Below are positions 12,819-25,500 of a stretch of 64,000 nucleotides of DNA, one piece after another (position 1 is the stretch's first letter; every line of letters begins with the position of its first letter). Under the pieces are notes generated by a model that saw only the letters and a program-made list of their open reading frames with translations, did not search any database and was not told the DNA's origin. Both the position numbers and the translations under genes were made by a program. The stretch is from Narcine bancroftii (Eukaryota): contig NC_091476.1 of NCBI RefSeq assembly GCF_036971445.1, positions 97,960,001-98,024,000 on the forward strand, given 5' to 3'.

Positions 12819-15800
12819 GTCAGTTGTGCACCGACCAAGAGCTGGGGGGGGGGGGGGGGGGGAGAATATTTGGGGGGGGGGGAGAATTCCGACTTTTAAT
12901 TGCAATTAGTCAGGGGGTGAGTCTGATTAAAACGTCCGGACAAAAGCCCAGTAAACTTCCTTAAGGGGAAGTCGTGAATCTTTGTGGATTGAAAAAAGGT
13001 TTTAGACTGTAAAACACAGCCCTGGGATAAAGCCTTTGGCCATCCTCGCGATCAAATGCATCTCATCATTTGATGCTCCTCTCTCAGGTCACCCCTCAAC
13101 CTCATTTTTGTGAATTAATCGACTGCAAATCCCTGCAACCCTTTGATTCCTTCAACATTGGAAGTAAGCTGAGAACTTCATGGAACCTGAAGCAGAATAC
13201 AAAAATTATTATAGTATCATTCTAATTTTTCTGTGACAGTCTGTGCAGATTAACATTTAAAACAGAATATCAAGTCTCCAACCAGACCATAGTTTAAAAT
13301 TACACTTGAAAAAGACAAATATTTTGAGGTTTCTTTGAAATATGAAAATCATTGGAGCAGCTTTTTTAAATTTGTTCAGCAGTGTTTAAAAAGAGTAAAT
13401 TAAACTATTAACTGTACCCAGACTGAAAATGATTTTTTTTTCTCTCCCTCCATCAGGATTTCTGAGGATCAAAGACATGAACCAGCCACGACTTGTCAGT
13501 GTCCGGAGAGGGGAGTCCGTCAAGTTAAACTGTTCATTTTCTTATAACGGAAGTTTGGATCCCTGGGTACACATTTCCTGGCAAATAAGAGACTCAGGGA
13601 CTTATGCTTCTCAGAATTCAAGTCGCTTATCATGCATTCCTGATGTCCTTCCAGATGGTTTCAAACTCTGTACAGAATCACTGAAGGTTGAATCTGTTTC
13701 ATTTGGTCACTCCGATTATAACTACACCTGTGAAGTGAAAATACCATCTGATTACCCACCAGTACATGTGAAAGGTCAAGGAACACAAATGCAGATTTAT
13801 GGTAAAGTATTTGCTAAACTGCTGATCTAGTTTCTGCCTGACATGATTATTGAATAAAGTTAACATTAAATAGCCAGCAAAACTAACTAGAAATCATGCA
13901 AAATGAGTAAATAATGTTTGAATAATAAGAGGTATGTCTGTACTCATGATCTGAGCAATTTTTGCCAGACATCGTTTGGGATTATTTGATTCATTGAGGA
14001 TCATGAATCAAGTAGGAAAACTGTCCCTGAAATTATTTCTATTTTACTATGTTTTGTGATCATGCCAAAGTTTTAGTTGGTTTTACAATAGTTCAAGCAT
14101 AACTCTTTGAAAGAATTTCATTGGTTATACCTCTCCTCTCAATTTGATGACGTTTATAGTTCTTTATCTTTTATTTTTATTGGTTTTTATGTATGTGTAT
14201 GTATATCTATATATATATATATATATATCTATAGTACATTTATGGAATAAACAATAAAAATAGTAAGTTACATAGCTCAGCAAATATAAAGTCATATAAA
14301 GCGCATCCAAATATATAGAACATAGACACATCTAATAATTTTAACATGGCTAATCGGGTCTCTAAACCCCCATTCCCTTATATCATTGCATGGCGCGAGA
14401 AGGAAAAAAAATGTAATTCATTCCTGGAATTTAATAACAAAGTACTAAAGTTTAGGATTTCTGTTACGTCTAAAGGTTGTGGAAAAAAAAACATTCAAGA
14501 GTGGTTCCCACAACATTTGAAACCTTATATTTGTTATTAATTGATGAATGAACCTTTTCCAGATTTAAACAGGACGACGTCCCTTAACCACTGAGCATGG
14601 ATAGGTGGGGCAGCATCCTTGAATCTAAACAATATCGCACAGCTGGCTAAAAGAGGGGCAAAAGACAGAACTAGACATTTGATTAAAGTTAAAAGAACCT
14701 CATCCTCTCCAGTTGTGCTGAAAAGAGCAAGCAAAGGATTTGGCTCTAGATTTAAATTAAGGATTAAGGACAGAGTTTGAACAATATCCTTCAAGACTAG
14801 GATACGTCCGAATCATATGCATTAGAGAAGTATTTGTATTAAAGAAAAAAAATGATTTGCTGTTCCATGAATTTCACAAAGTCAATATCTGATAGTAAAG
14901 TTAAAATAAAATGTCAATTACTCTTTAATTTGAGGGAGGCCATGAAGGGTCCAGGATTATACCGCAGGGGCATGATCTGATATGACAATGATAATTACAA
15001 AAACGAGACAGTGGATCAATTGATTATCAATAAGAAAATAGTCAATTCAAGAAAGTGTGATGAACTATTGAAAAGTTCTTGGATGAAGAAGATGCCAAAC
15101 AGCAGAGATACCATAACCTCATAAGAAAGAAAGAATTAATGAGGCAGATTTATTCATTGTAACAGGGTTAGGAGATGAAAAATCTTAAGCAGGATCTAAC
15201 AAAAAATTAAAATCCTGTGCAGGGAGTATAAACTCAAATCTGTTAGAGAAAAAAAATATTCAAGAATCCCACATTATAAACATCAGCAAAACCCTCTATT
15301 TTATTATATAATTTCCCTGAAACAATAACATAGCAACCACTTGTGTCAGATAAAACACTATGATGGACAAAAGGAATATTTTAATGAATAAGAATCGACA
15401 CCCCTCTGGCTTTAACCTGAAATGAAGATGCTACCCCCCACCTTGTCATGAGGATTATTGCAATTGTGATTGTGTGTTGCTTGTAAAAAAATATAATTGT
15501 GTCTTAAGTTGATTAATATATGAAAACACTTACTTCCTTTTAACCATATGGTTCAAGCCTTTTATGTTCCAAATAAGTAAATTAATAGAATTATCCATAA
15601 TTTTTAAAATTAAAACTGCAATTTGATCAACACAGGTATTAGACTTGCTGCTAAAAATTAACACTAATAACAAAATTAACACCATAACAACCTTAAGAAA
15701 ATAACCTCCCTCCCTTCCCCTCTCCATAAAACCCAAAAGTCAGACAGCTGATGAAGATACCAACAACATGCTCAACAAAACAACAGTTCAAGCATAACTC

Positions 15801-18800
15801 TCTGAAAGAATTTCATTGGCTATACCTCTCCTCTCAATTTGGTGACTTTCATTATAGTTGATAGTTGTTCCATTTCCATTAGTAAATAATTCAAAGAAAT
15901 AGAAATAAATAATTAACATTAAAAATGTACACTAGGTCAATCAGGATCTGGGAGGAAAGTTAATGTTTTGATATGAACAATTAATCAACATCAATCCACA
16001 CAATTAACAAATTACAATAACATTCCTGATATCCCAACCAACCAATTTTCCCTTGCAACCGTGTCTGCCTGTCCCGCATCGGACTTGTCAGCCACAAACG
16101 AGCCTGCAGCTGACGTGGACATTACCCCTCCATAAATCTTCGTCCGCGAAGCCAAGCCAAAGTTTGGTATCCAGTACCTACAGGGATGGCAGATTTTCCA
16201 GTTGAGTGAGACTCACTCTTACAATGCCTAACTAATACATCTGCATTAAGAAAACACAGTTTAAAAGACAAAAGACAGTGCAAAATGTAAAGAAATTAGA
16301 AAAAAATTATGTTGTACTTGTTAATTATGTAACATTAATTATGTAGAGTGATGAGAGACCACTCTGACTGACCCACGAAAAGGGTTGTAATTGCAGAAGG
16401 AGGTATTTGTCTAAAAAGGACATTTCTCTGAAGCCCCTCAATAAGAATTTCATGAGTAATTAACATTCTGTCACCCACAGTCTCTGTCACCCACTTCAGA
16501 CACTGAAAACTTCATCGTAAAGCCTGTATGTCTGACCCATCTTAAATACTGCATCTCTGACCCATCCAAGGCCTGTGAATCACATTCATCTAAAGCCTAC
16601 GGGTCACTTCAATTTCAATTCAGTGTCATCACTGAATTTCTGAAACTGAACTTTGAACTTTGGAGAATTGAGCCTTGAGCTGTAGTGGCTTGTGTATTCT
16701 ACATACACCATTATATTCACGCATAGTTGGAGTATAAATTAGATAATTGTATATAAATTTGGTTAAGTTTAGATAAGTTAGTTAAATTAGAGTAGGTGTC
16801 ATATAATTGCTGATTAATAATTAGAAATATTATTTTAATTATAACACCACTTGGTTTAATTTTTATCACTGCAGTTGTGTTTGTAACACCATGTTAAGCA
16901 ATCTCTATGCCATAGGTGCTCTGTGATTAGTAAGGGATTGCTTAACGTGGTATATAGGTGGAAAGAAAAAGGCTTGAAAACTACTGTTTTAATCGTACCT
17001 AATTGACTTGTTATGTGCATGGTTTCATAACTCCAAAGGAAATGGGCCAGAGACAATTTTTCTCAAGCAAAATATTTCAGTAACAATTGGGTCCAGAGCA
17101 GTGATTCTCAACCTTCACTTCCCACTCACCAACCACCTTTCCTTCCCTTACTAATCACAGAGCACCGATGGCATAGGGATTGCTAAGGTGGAATGTGAGT
17201 TTAGGGGGGCAGTTTGAAAACCACTGCTCTAAAATATACAGGTTTGTTGGCTCATTGAGTGGCACAGATTTCAATTTTCAATCGCTGGAATTGGCTGCTA
17301 CCAGGTTGTAAAATAATAAAAATAAATTAAAAACTCAACGCAAGTTCATTCTTGTAAATGTCAAGAAGACATTTGTCAATAAGGCAGCTGCTCCATAATT
17401 CTCTCTAATTTTCGCATCCAACAATCCATGAACATGATCTTTAACTTAACATTTTCCATCAACATTACAGCCAAGCTTAGATCAAACCCAAGATTCCTTT
17501 TATTGTCATGTAATAATACAAAAAAATGTAACATACATGAAATTTCCATTTGCTTCCTTAAGGCAAAGAGTCATTTTTAGTATTGCCCGGCACCCCTAAT
17601 AATAAGAGAAAGAGAATCAAAAAAGTGTCCCTTCAGAGACACTGAAACTACTAAATTTACTTTAAGTTGGAAGAATAAGTAATACATCAATCTTTGATTA
17701 TCCTTCTCAAATACAAAAGAAAATATTTACAAATCATTTTGACCTAAAGGGCACTCGGTACATTGCATACCTCCACCACGAGAAACACAACATTCAAAAT
17801 CTTTTACTTCACACACCTTAAAGTCTATATACCTTCCAGTGTCCATTTTTTTTTACACAAGAATGATGCAGTATGAAAATGGCCTCATCAAGTTTGTTCT
17901 GATTTTCCTGTAGCTATTTTTACAAATTTAATGCTATTCCTTTTTTTAAAAGGAATTGCACCATAGTGAGACAACATCAACTATAGCAATAATAAAGTTG
18001 ATTACATGCTTCTTTAAGAACAACTGTGAGAAGTTACAATACATTGAAAGAGAACCCTGAGCAAAATTATATAATTTCAGCGTGGCTTTACACACGTAAA
18101 TTCAAGAATGCTTTTTTTGTTAGTCTGCCTTTTGAAGTTCTCATGTTTTATGAAACTGACAACTATGATAAACAAAATAATTAACATAATGACAAAAAAT
18201 AGCTTGGAGTAATTGTTCAGTTGATTTCTCTTAAGAATTTACATATTTTTATTTCTCATCTATGAATATTGAATCTATTAGAAACCAGCTATTCTGCTAT
18301 TAGAAACCAGCTAGAAACCTGACCTGAGCTCCTGACACCCAACTCCAAAGACTGAATCCACCCCTCAGTAGTCGGCCTACAGGTGCACACCAGAGCTCCT
18401 GACGCCGACTCCAAACTTCCCCTTGGCAGTCAGCCTACAGGTACATACCAAACTCCTGATGCCCGACTCCGAAGGCCGAACCCTCCCCTAGCCAGTTGGC
18501 CTACAAGTGCACAATGGAGCTTCCAATGCCAACTCTGTCTATCTGAACTGTGGGGCACAATTTGCTCTCCAAGGTGGGTAGAGTTTTAAGTAAGTTCAAT
18601 TCTTGTCCTGAAGGCCAATGGGAAAGAACATAAATACCTTATCTTTGTTATGTTGATTTATTCTATGTAAGACTGGGTGATGAAATATCCAACCAATGCT
18701 TTCGTCTTCCATGAATTGCAATAGTTAGCAATGCCAAAATGCAATTTGCCAAGCAATTATCTAAGAATACTAAATGGTACTGTAACATATTAATGAAAAT

Positions 18801-19482
18801 ACGGTTAGCAAAGCAGTTAGCCCAACGCTGTTACAGTGCCGGTGATCAGGATCTGGATTCGAATCCCACGCTGTCTGTGAGTAGCAAAAATTCCCATGTC
18901 TGCATGGATTTTTTCCACTGTTTGAAATATATTCGGGGTACAGCTCGTGGGCTGAAAGGGCCTCTTTCTATGCAGTATGTCTAAATAAATAAATAAAGAA
19001 AGAGATAGATAAATAAATAAATAGAAAAGATCTGTAAATGGCTGAATTTCCAGTGAGGTCATGAAAAAATCAAAATTTGTCAGAACATGAAGAGCAGGAT
19101 TGCAGAGGGAAGGCTTCGATGATCTAGGATTTTTATTGGAAAGTTATAGTTGCACCAATATAAATGAATGCAAACCAATGGCAGAATGTAGCCCTGCCTT
19201 TTGCTCAAGGTTTTGGAAATGACTGTGCATATGCATATTATTGGGGTCATTGAAGCAGAACCCACAGGTTTCACAAAAGGTGGACAGGAAACAAAATCGC
19301 CCATCTCTGAGAAACCATAGAGCCACATAACTTAGTGCAGATATATTAGCTGCAGTTGATTGCACCTGTAATAGTTAAGTGCCTTATACGGTCAACTTAT
19401 GTAGTTAGTCATAGTTTCCAATCAATTCTAATGAATTATATATTATTATATTGTGTCATAGCAGACAATTCTGATCATAACA

Positions 19483-19541
<59 letters not shown>

Positions 19542-22500
19542 GTGATAGCATTAGGGACAAGGCAAAGAAATATTGTAAGGGCTGGAAATAGTTGGCATGA
19601 GGCTTTAGATGGGCTTGTTTGTAGCCAGGATGGAGTACCTGGCTGAGTATTAAAAATCTGTGCTGATCAACTTACCAATGTATTCACAGATATATTCAAC
19701 ATCTCACTCCAGAAGGCCATGATATCAACCTGTTTCAAACAGGTGTCAATCATACCAGTAACCTGCCTTAAGACTATTGGGTAGTAGCACTTACATCAAA
19801 TGCAATGAAGTGTTTTGAAAGGCTCATGTGAAGCATAACAGTTCCTGTCGAAGCGGTGACATGGCTACGTTCCCATTCACCTGTCGTAGCAACAGGTCTA
19901 CGGTGGGTGCCATCTCATTGGCTCTACTCAAACCCCTGGAACATTTGGAGAGTAAAGATGCATTTATCAAGATGCTCTGCATTGACTATATTTCAGCATT
20001 TAACGCCATTATTCCCCTCTAAACTGATCAGTAAACTCCAAGACCTGGGATTCAATGCCCCATTGTGTAATTGGACCATGGATTTCCACACAATTAGTGA
20101 GGATTGGTAAGAACATCTCCACAATCCCCATCAATACCGGAGCACCACAGGACTACATTCTTATCCCCCAGCTCTACTCACTTTACACCTATGATTGTGT
20201 GGCTCGGTTAAGCAATAATACCATCTACAAATTTGCCAACAGGTAGTGATTTGTATAAAGGAAGGGAATGAGTCAGCATAAAGGAGGGAGATTGAAAACT
20301 TGACTGAATGGTGCACCAACAACAATCTTCCACTCAATGTCACCAAAACTAAGGAGCTGATGGTTAACCACTGGAAGGGAAAGCCAAAGGTATTCAATCC
20401 AGTCATAATTGGGGGTTCCGAGGTGGAGAGGGTGAGCAAATTTAAGTTCCTTGGAGTTACTATCTTTGAGGTTCTTTCCTCCCATCATGAAAAAAGCATG
20501 TCAGTGCCTCTACTTCCTCAGGTTTGGTATGACACCAGAATCCCTGGCAAATATCTACAGATGTGTGGTGGAAAATGTGCTGACCGGTCTGGTATGTGGA
20601 CACCAATACCCCTGAGTGTAAATCCCTCCAAAGGTAGTGGACACAACCCAGGATATCACAGCCAAAACCCTCCCAAATTTTGAGAACATCATCAGGGAAC
20701 GCTGCCATCAGAGAGTGGCAGCAATCATCACTGATCCATACCACCCAACACACACTCTGTTCTTGCTGCTGCCATAATGAAAAAGGTACAGCTGCCACAA
20801 GTCTCACACAACCAGCCTCAGGTACAGCTGCTATCCCTCCTCTCTCAGACACCTCAATGACAAACTCAATTAGGGACTCATATAAGGACGTGCACTTTAT
20901 TGATTTTCTTTATTCTCTCAGTTTGTTTACATTTGTTATCTGTTTACAGTTCTTTATTCTTTTATTTACAGTTTAAAAAAAATTCTTATAAACTGTGCAC
21001 ATTTTTTTTGCACATCCAAAAAGAGGCAATTTTGCCTGGCCTGCAGAAAAAAGAATCTCAGGGTTGTATGTGATATTATGTACTCTGACAATAAATCTCA
21101 AATCAGAAATCTGACATTAAATCTGGGAAGTAAACTTAAAGTTCAATTTTGGTCAGCATGCACAGTGGGGACATCCTATTTGGTTTTAAAATCCATCTCT
21201 GCATTTTATCAGTGCCCTCCAGGCCTGCTCTAACTCCCTCTGCTCATTCCGTGCAGTGACAGGATGTGGCTCTGCCGACTTTGGCTGCCACGTTTCCAAA
21301 AGTAGAGCAGCGGGAATGCATCCCCAAGCACCCCACCCCCAAGTTGCAAAGTGTTTCTGACCTGTTGCAATGACATGCCGTTTGCTCCCTTGTGTTTTAT
21401 TCATATCTCAAAACTCCGTGTGAAGAAACAATTGGAAAAGACTAGTTGCTTTTAAGGCTAGCTGAATGAAAACTCAGAGTAATCGATGAACATTAGTGCA
21501 AAGAAATGGTTACATATTGGGCAGGGTTGCTGCCTGGTGATTGAGGACAGATTGGGCAGAGGTGGTGCCTGGGCATTGGGTGCAGGGTAGTTAGTAACTA
21601 CTTGGGAATTGGATGCAAGTTGGGCAAAGGGCACTGCTTGGCATGCTGGGTGCTAGTTATGGGCAAGTACTGCTTGGGGTCAGGAGAACCGGACAGTCAG
21701 GTATGAGCATAAGTCAAGCAGGTACTGCCTGGTTATATGGAATGGGCTTGGAGTCTGTGTACAGATGGTAGTGTCTGTCTGATATACTGTGCTTACTGTT
21801 AAGATAAATTGTTATTTTTTTTAATTACTAGTTTTTAATGGCTTGAAGCTGGTAATTTTGTGTGTACATTTTCAAAAGTTATCCAAATAGTGGGGGGGGT
21901 GGGTGTGCGCTTTGCCTCTTTGACCCCCACTGTACACTTCACTCAAGCACTCAGCATTTTTCTCTTTTTTGTTGACCTCATTCATGTTCCAATGGAATTA
22001 TATGATTGCATTAAGATTTAGAATGATTTTGGCTGCATTATTTTTTTCACTGAGTTGACTTGCATTGAGATTTTCCTGCAGTAAATGCAGACCACATTGG
22101 ATGTGCCTGATCCTACATTCTTCATGATATTCCACTATATAATCCAAAAGAAGAGGAAACTTGGAGTGATAGTATAATTCAACAGCATATTTTTTGTTCC
22201 TTCATGCTCCTAAATTAAAGGATAGAGTACCTTAATAATTGATATGAATCTTATTCATTATACAGGTACACGATCCTTTACCCGGACATCGAAAATCCGG
22301 AAAGCTCCAAATTCCGGCAAATGGGGACCAGTGGTTGGGGGAAAGGGAGACTGCTGGGCGGCCGAGGGACCACGGTTGGGGGAGACTGCCGGGTGGCTTA
22401 GGGACCGGCAGTCAGGGAGACGTCCGGGCAGCCGAAGGACTGCGGTCAGGGGAGAAGTCTGGGCGGCCAAGGGACCGGTGGTCTAGGGAGGCGGCTGAGG

Positions 22501-25500
22501 GACCAGCTTTGGGGAGGCAGACGAGGGACCAGCGTTTGGGGGAGTCAGCCAAGGGACCAGGTGTTGGGGGAGGCGGGCCGGGCGACTGGAAGTGGGTGGG
22601 GGTGGATACTGCAGCACAATTCGGGTGGGCTTTCCGAAATCCAGAAAAATCCGAAATTCGGAACACACTGTCTCCCAAGGGTTCCGGATAAAGGATCGTG
22701 TCCCTGTATTAATATATTCTGTATGAAAGTAGAGCAAAGTTAATTTATTCTAATAACTCTAGTCCCTAACATAAAAATACATGATATCAGTGAAGCATAT
22801 TGATGGAGTAAGATATGTAGTCCTTATAGTTTAATAAATGTTGCTTTATCCTCCCTTCAGATCCTCCTGAAATTTCTATTCTGGGTGGTGCTTTGATTGC
22901 CGATCGTAAATCCATCCTAACTTGTTCAAGCAAGGGATTGTATGCCAAGAATATAACCTTTATATGGTCATGCCCAGAAACAAACAACTTTTCAAATGTC
23001 ACTACGGCAACCTTGAAAACATGCAGTGATCGTACACCTGTCGCAACTAGTCAGCTGGAGATTGTCCCCACAATGCACGACCATGGGGCTGTTTGCAGTT
23101 GTCAGATTAATCATGCCTCTTTCACACAACCAGCTGTGACAATGATCAATCTAAACATTATGTGTAGGTATAATGTTTGATTTTTATTGTGATATCATAC
23201 TTTGTAGTGCTAATCTGTATACTTTTATTGTGTTCACATTATTCTTGGTTCTGAGTGAGATGTGTATCACTTTCTATGCCACTGTAACTGAACTTAATGT
23301 GTCTGCTATCGTTAATCATGGACCAATTCAATCAGTTTCATTACATTTTTTCTATTTTATACTTCTCATGGTCTCATCTAATCTCTCTCTCTCTCCCATC
23401 TCTTAATCTCTCTCCCCATTTCTCTTTGCACATCTTTCTCTCTCATTCCCTCTCTGACTCCTCTCTTCTCTCTGTCCCCATCTCTCTCCCTCTCTCTTTT
23501 TGCTACTCAGTCCTTTTTTTTTAAATTTTATTTATTCGTTCAAAAAAGAAATAATATATGACATATGCAGCAATTAAACATAAACATGAACGTTTTTTTT
23601 ATATATAGATAAAAAAGAAAAGGAACCCCCCCCTTCAGCCAACTCTCCTATGGAGAGCCATAAAAAAGAAAAAAGAAAGAATATTAAAGAAAAAGTGAAA
23701 TATACATATTAAAATCTAATCAATATAAATTGAAATGTAAATATTCCGAGTATAACAGCCACTTATTAATAAAAAATTATAATTATCACGTGAAACATAC
23801 GTAATTTTTCCATTATTAAACAATATTTCATCTCATTATGCCATCTATTAATATCAATCATATTTGTATCTTTCCATATACTAGCAATACATTTTTTCGC
23901 TACAGTTAAAGCTAAATATACAAAAGCAAGCTGGAACTTATCTAACCCCAAACCTTTCAAAGGTTGCAAACTACCCAATAAAAATACTGTTGGATCTAAA
24001 ACTATTTTAATCTTATACAGGTATTCTAAAAACGATTGAATTTTCTTCCAAAAAGATTGTATACGTGACCAAACAGCATGAAAAAAAGTTCCAACCGTAT
24101 CACCACATCTAAAACACAAATCTGATTCATGAAAACCATATTTTTAAAATTTTTTCAGGTGTCAAATATAATTGATGTAAAAAAATTGTAATTAATCATT
24201 GCAAAATGTGCATTTATCAATCTAGTTACACTATCATAACAGATATCTAACCAATCATCTTCAGTAAAAATAAAACCAATATCCACTTCCCATTTAATTT
24301 TAGATCTATCCCAACCTTTTTTATCCATACCATCCTGTAATATTTGATACATAGATGAAATATAACCCTTCTCTGGTACCTTCATAAGAATAGTCTCAAA
24401 TTTAGTCATTTTAGGTAAAATCATATCTCTACCAAACATATATTTTACCAAAGATCAAATTTGATAATAAAGAAATAAAGAGTTCTTATCAATACCAAAA
24501 CCTTCCCTCATCTGATTAAAATATAAAAACTTACCCTCTTTTAAACAATCTCCCAAATTTTTCACACCTTTAAATCTCCAATGCAATAAACTTTGATTAT
24601 GTATTGAAAAATAAATAAGTTGATTATTATACAACGGAGTCAAAGCCAATAATTTACCCCTAGAGCCTGTCATTTTATTTTTCTTTATCCATAACTTCAT
24701 TAAATGTTTTAGTATAGGCACATTATATTGTTGTAACAAATTTATATTCCATTTAAACAAAAATTGATGTATTTCAAATTCAGAAATACTTGCCATCTCA
24801 ATTTTAGCCCAACTAGGAGGCCGTACCAAATCCATCAATGAACTAATAAATTTAAGTTGGGCTGCTTCATAATAATTTTGAAAATGTGGTAAACGTAGTC
24901 CCCCTAACTCATATTTCCAAGTTAATTTATTCAAAGCTACTCTCGAAAATGTATATTTTGAAAATTTTATTTATCATTGTATCAATACAAAAAAATTAAT
25001 TAAATAACATTAATTATTTAATCATACACAATGATACAATAAAAAGGACTTTTAAATTTTTCTCCCCAACCCCCCTCCATTCCAAAAGAAAGAAAATAAA
25101 GAAGGTAAAAGAAAGAGCATCTATTGCTACATATTGTTAGCATTTGCATTTTTAATGATTATTATTATAGTCTCTAATTGAGAGGGGAGGGTAAGGTGGA
25201 AGAGGTGGATGGAAATTTATTCATAAAATCAATATATGGTTTCCAAATATTATAAAAATTTTAAACTCAATTCTTTAGTCGATATTATTTTTTCTAAAGG
25301 GATACAATTTTACATTTCACTATGCCATCTACTTAATGATACTACATTTTCAGATTTCCACGTATTTCTTTGCATTTGCTATCACTTATACTTAAACATT
25401 TCTCTTGACATTTATCCAATTTCAACTTTGCATCCCTTTCATTCCCAAGTAAAAATATTTTATCTTTATCTTCATAATTTGTCCTAGTAAAACACTCAAA

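Noticed and set aside
13760-13830. V exon as a rearranging antigen-receptor V segment
   Set aside because: The J-like GQGT is already in the same exon and is followed by a splice donor; no CACAGTG heptamer/nonamer RSS is adjacent.
16340-16888. Possible solo LTR (TG..TGTAACA)
   Set aside because: No partner LTR, TSD or clear boundaries.
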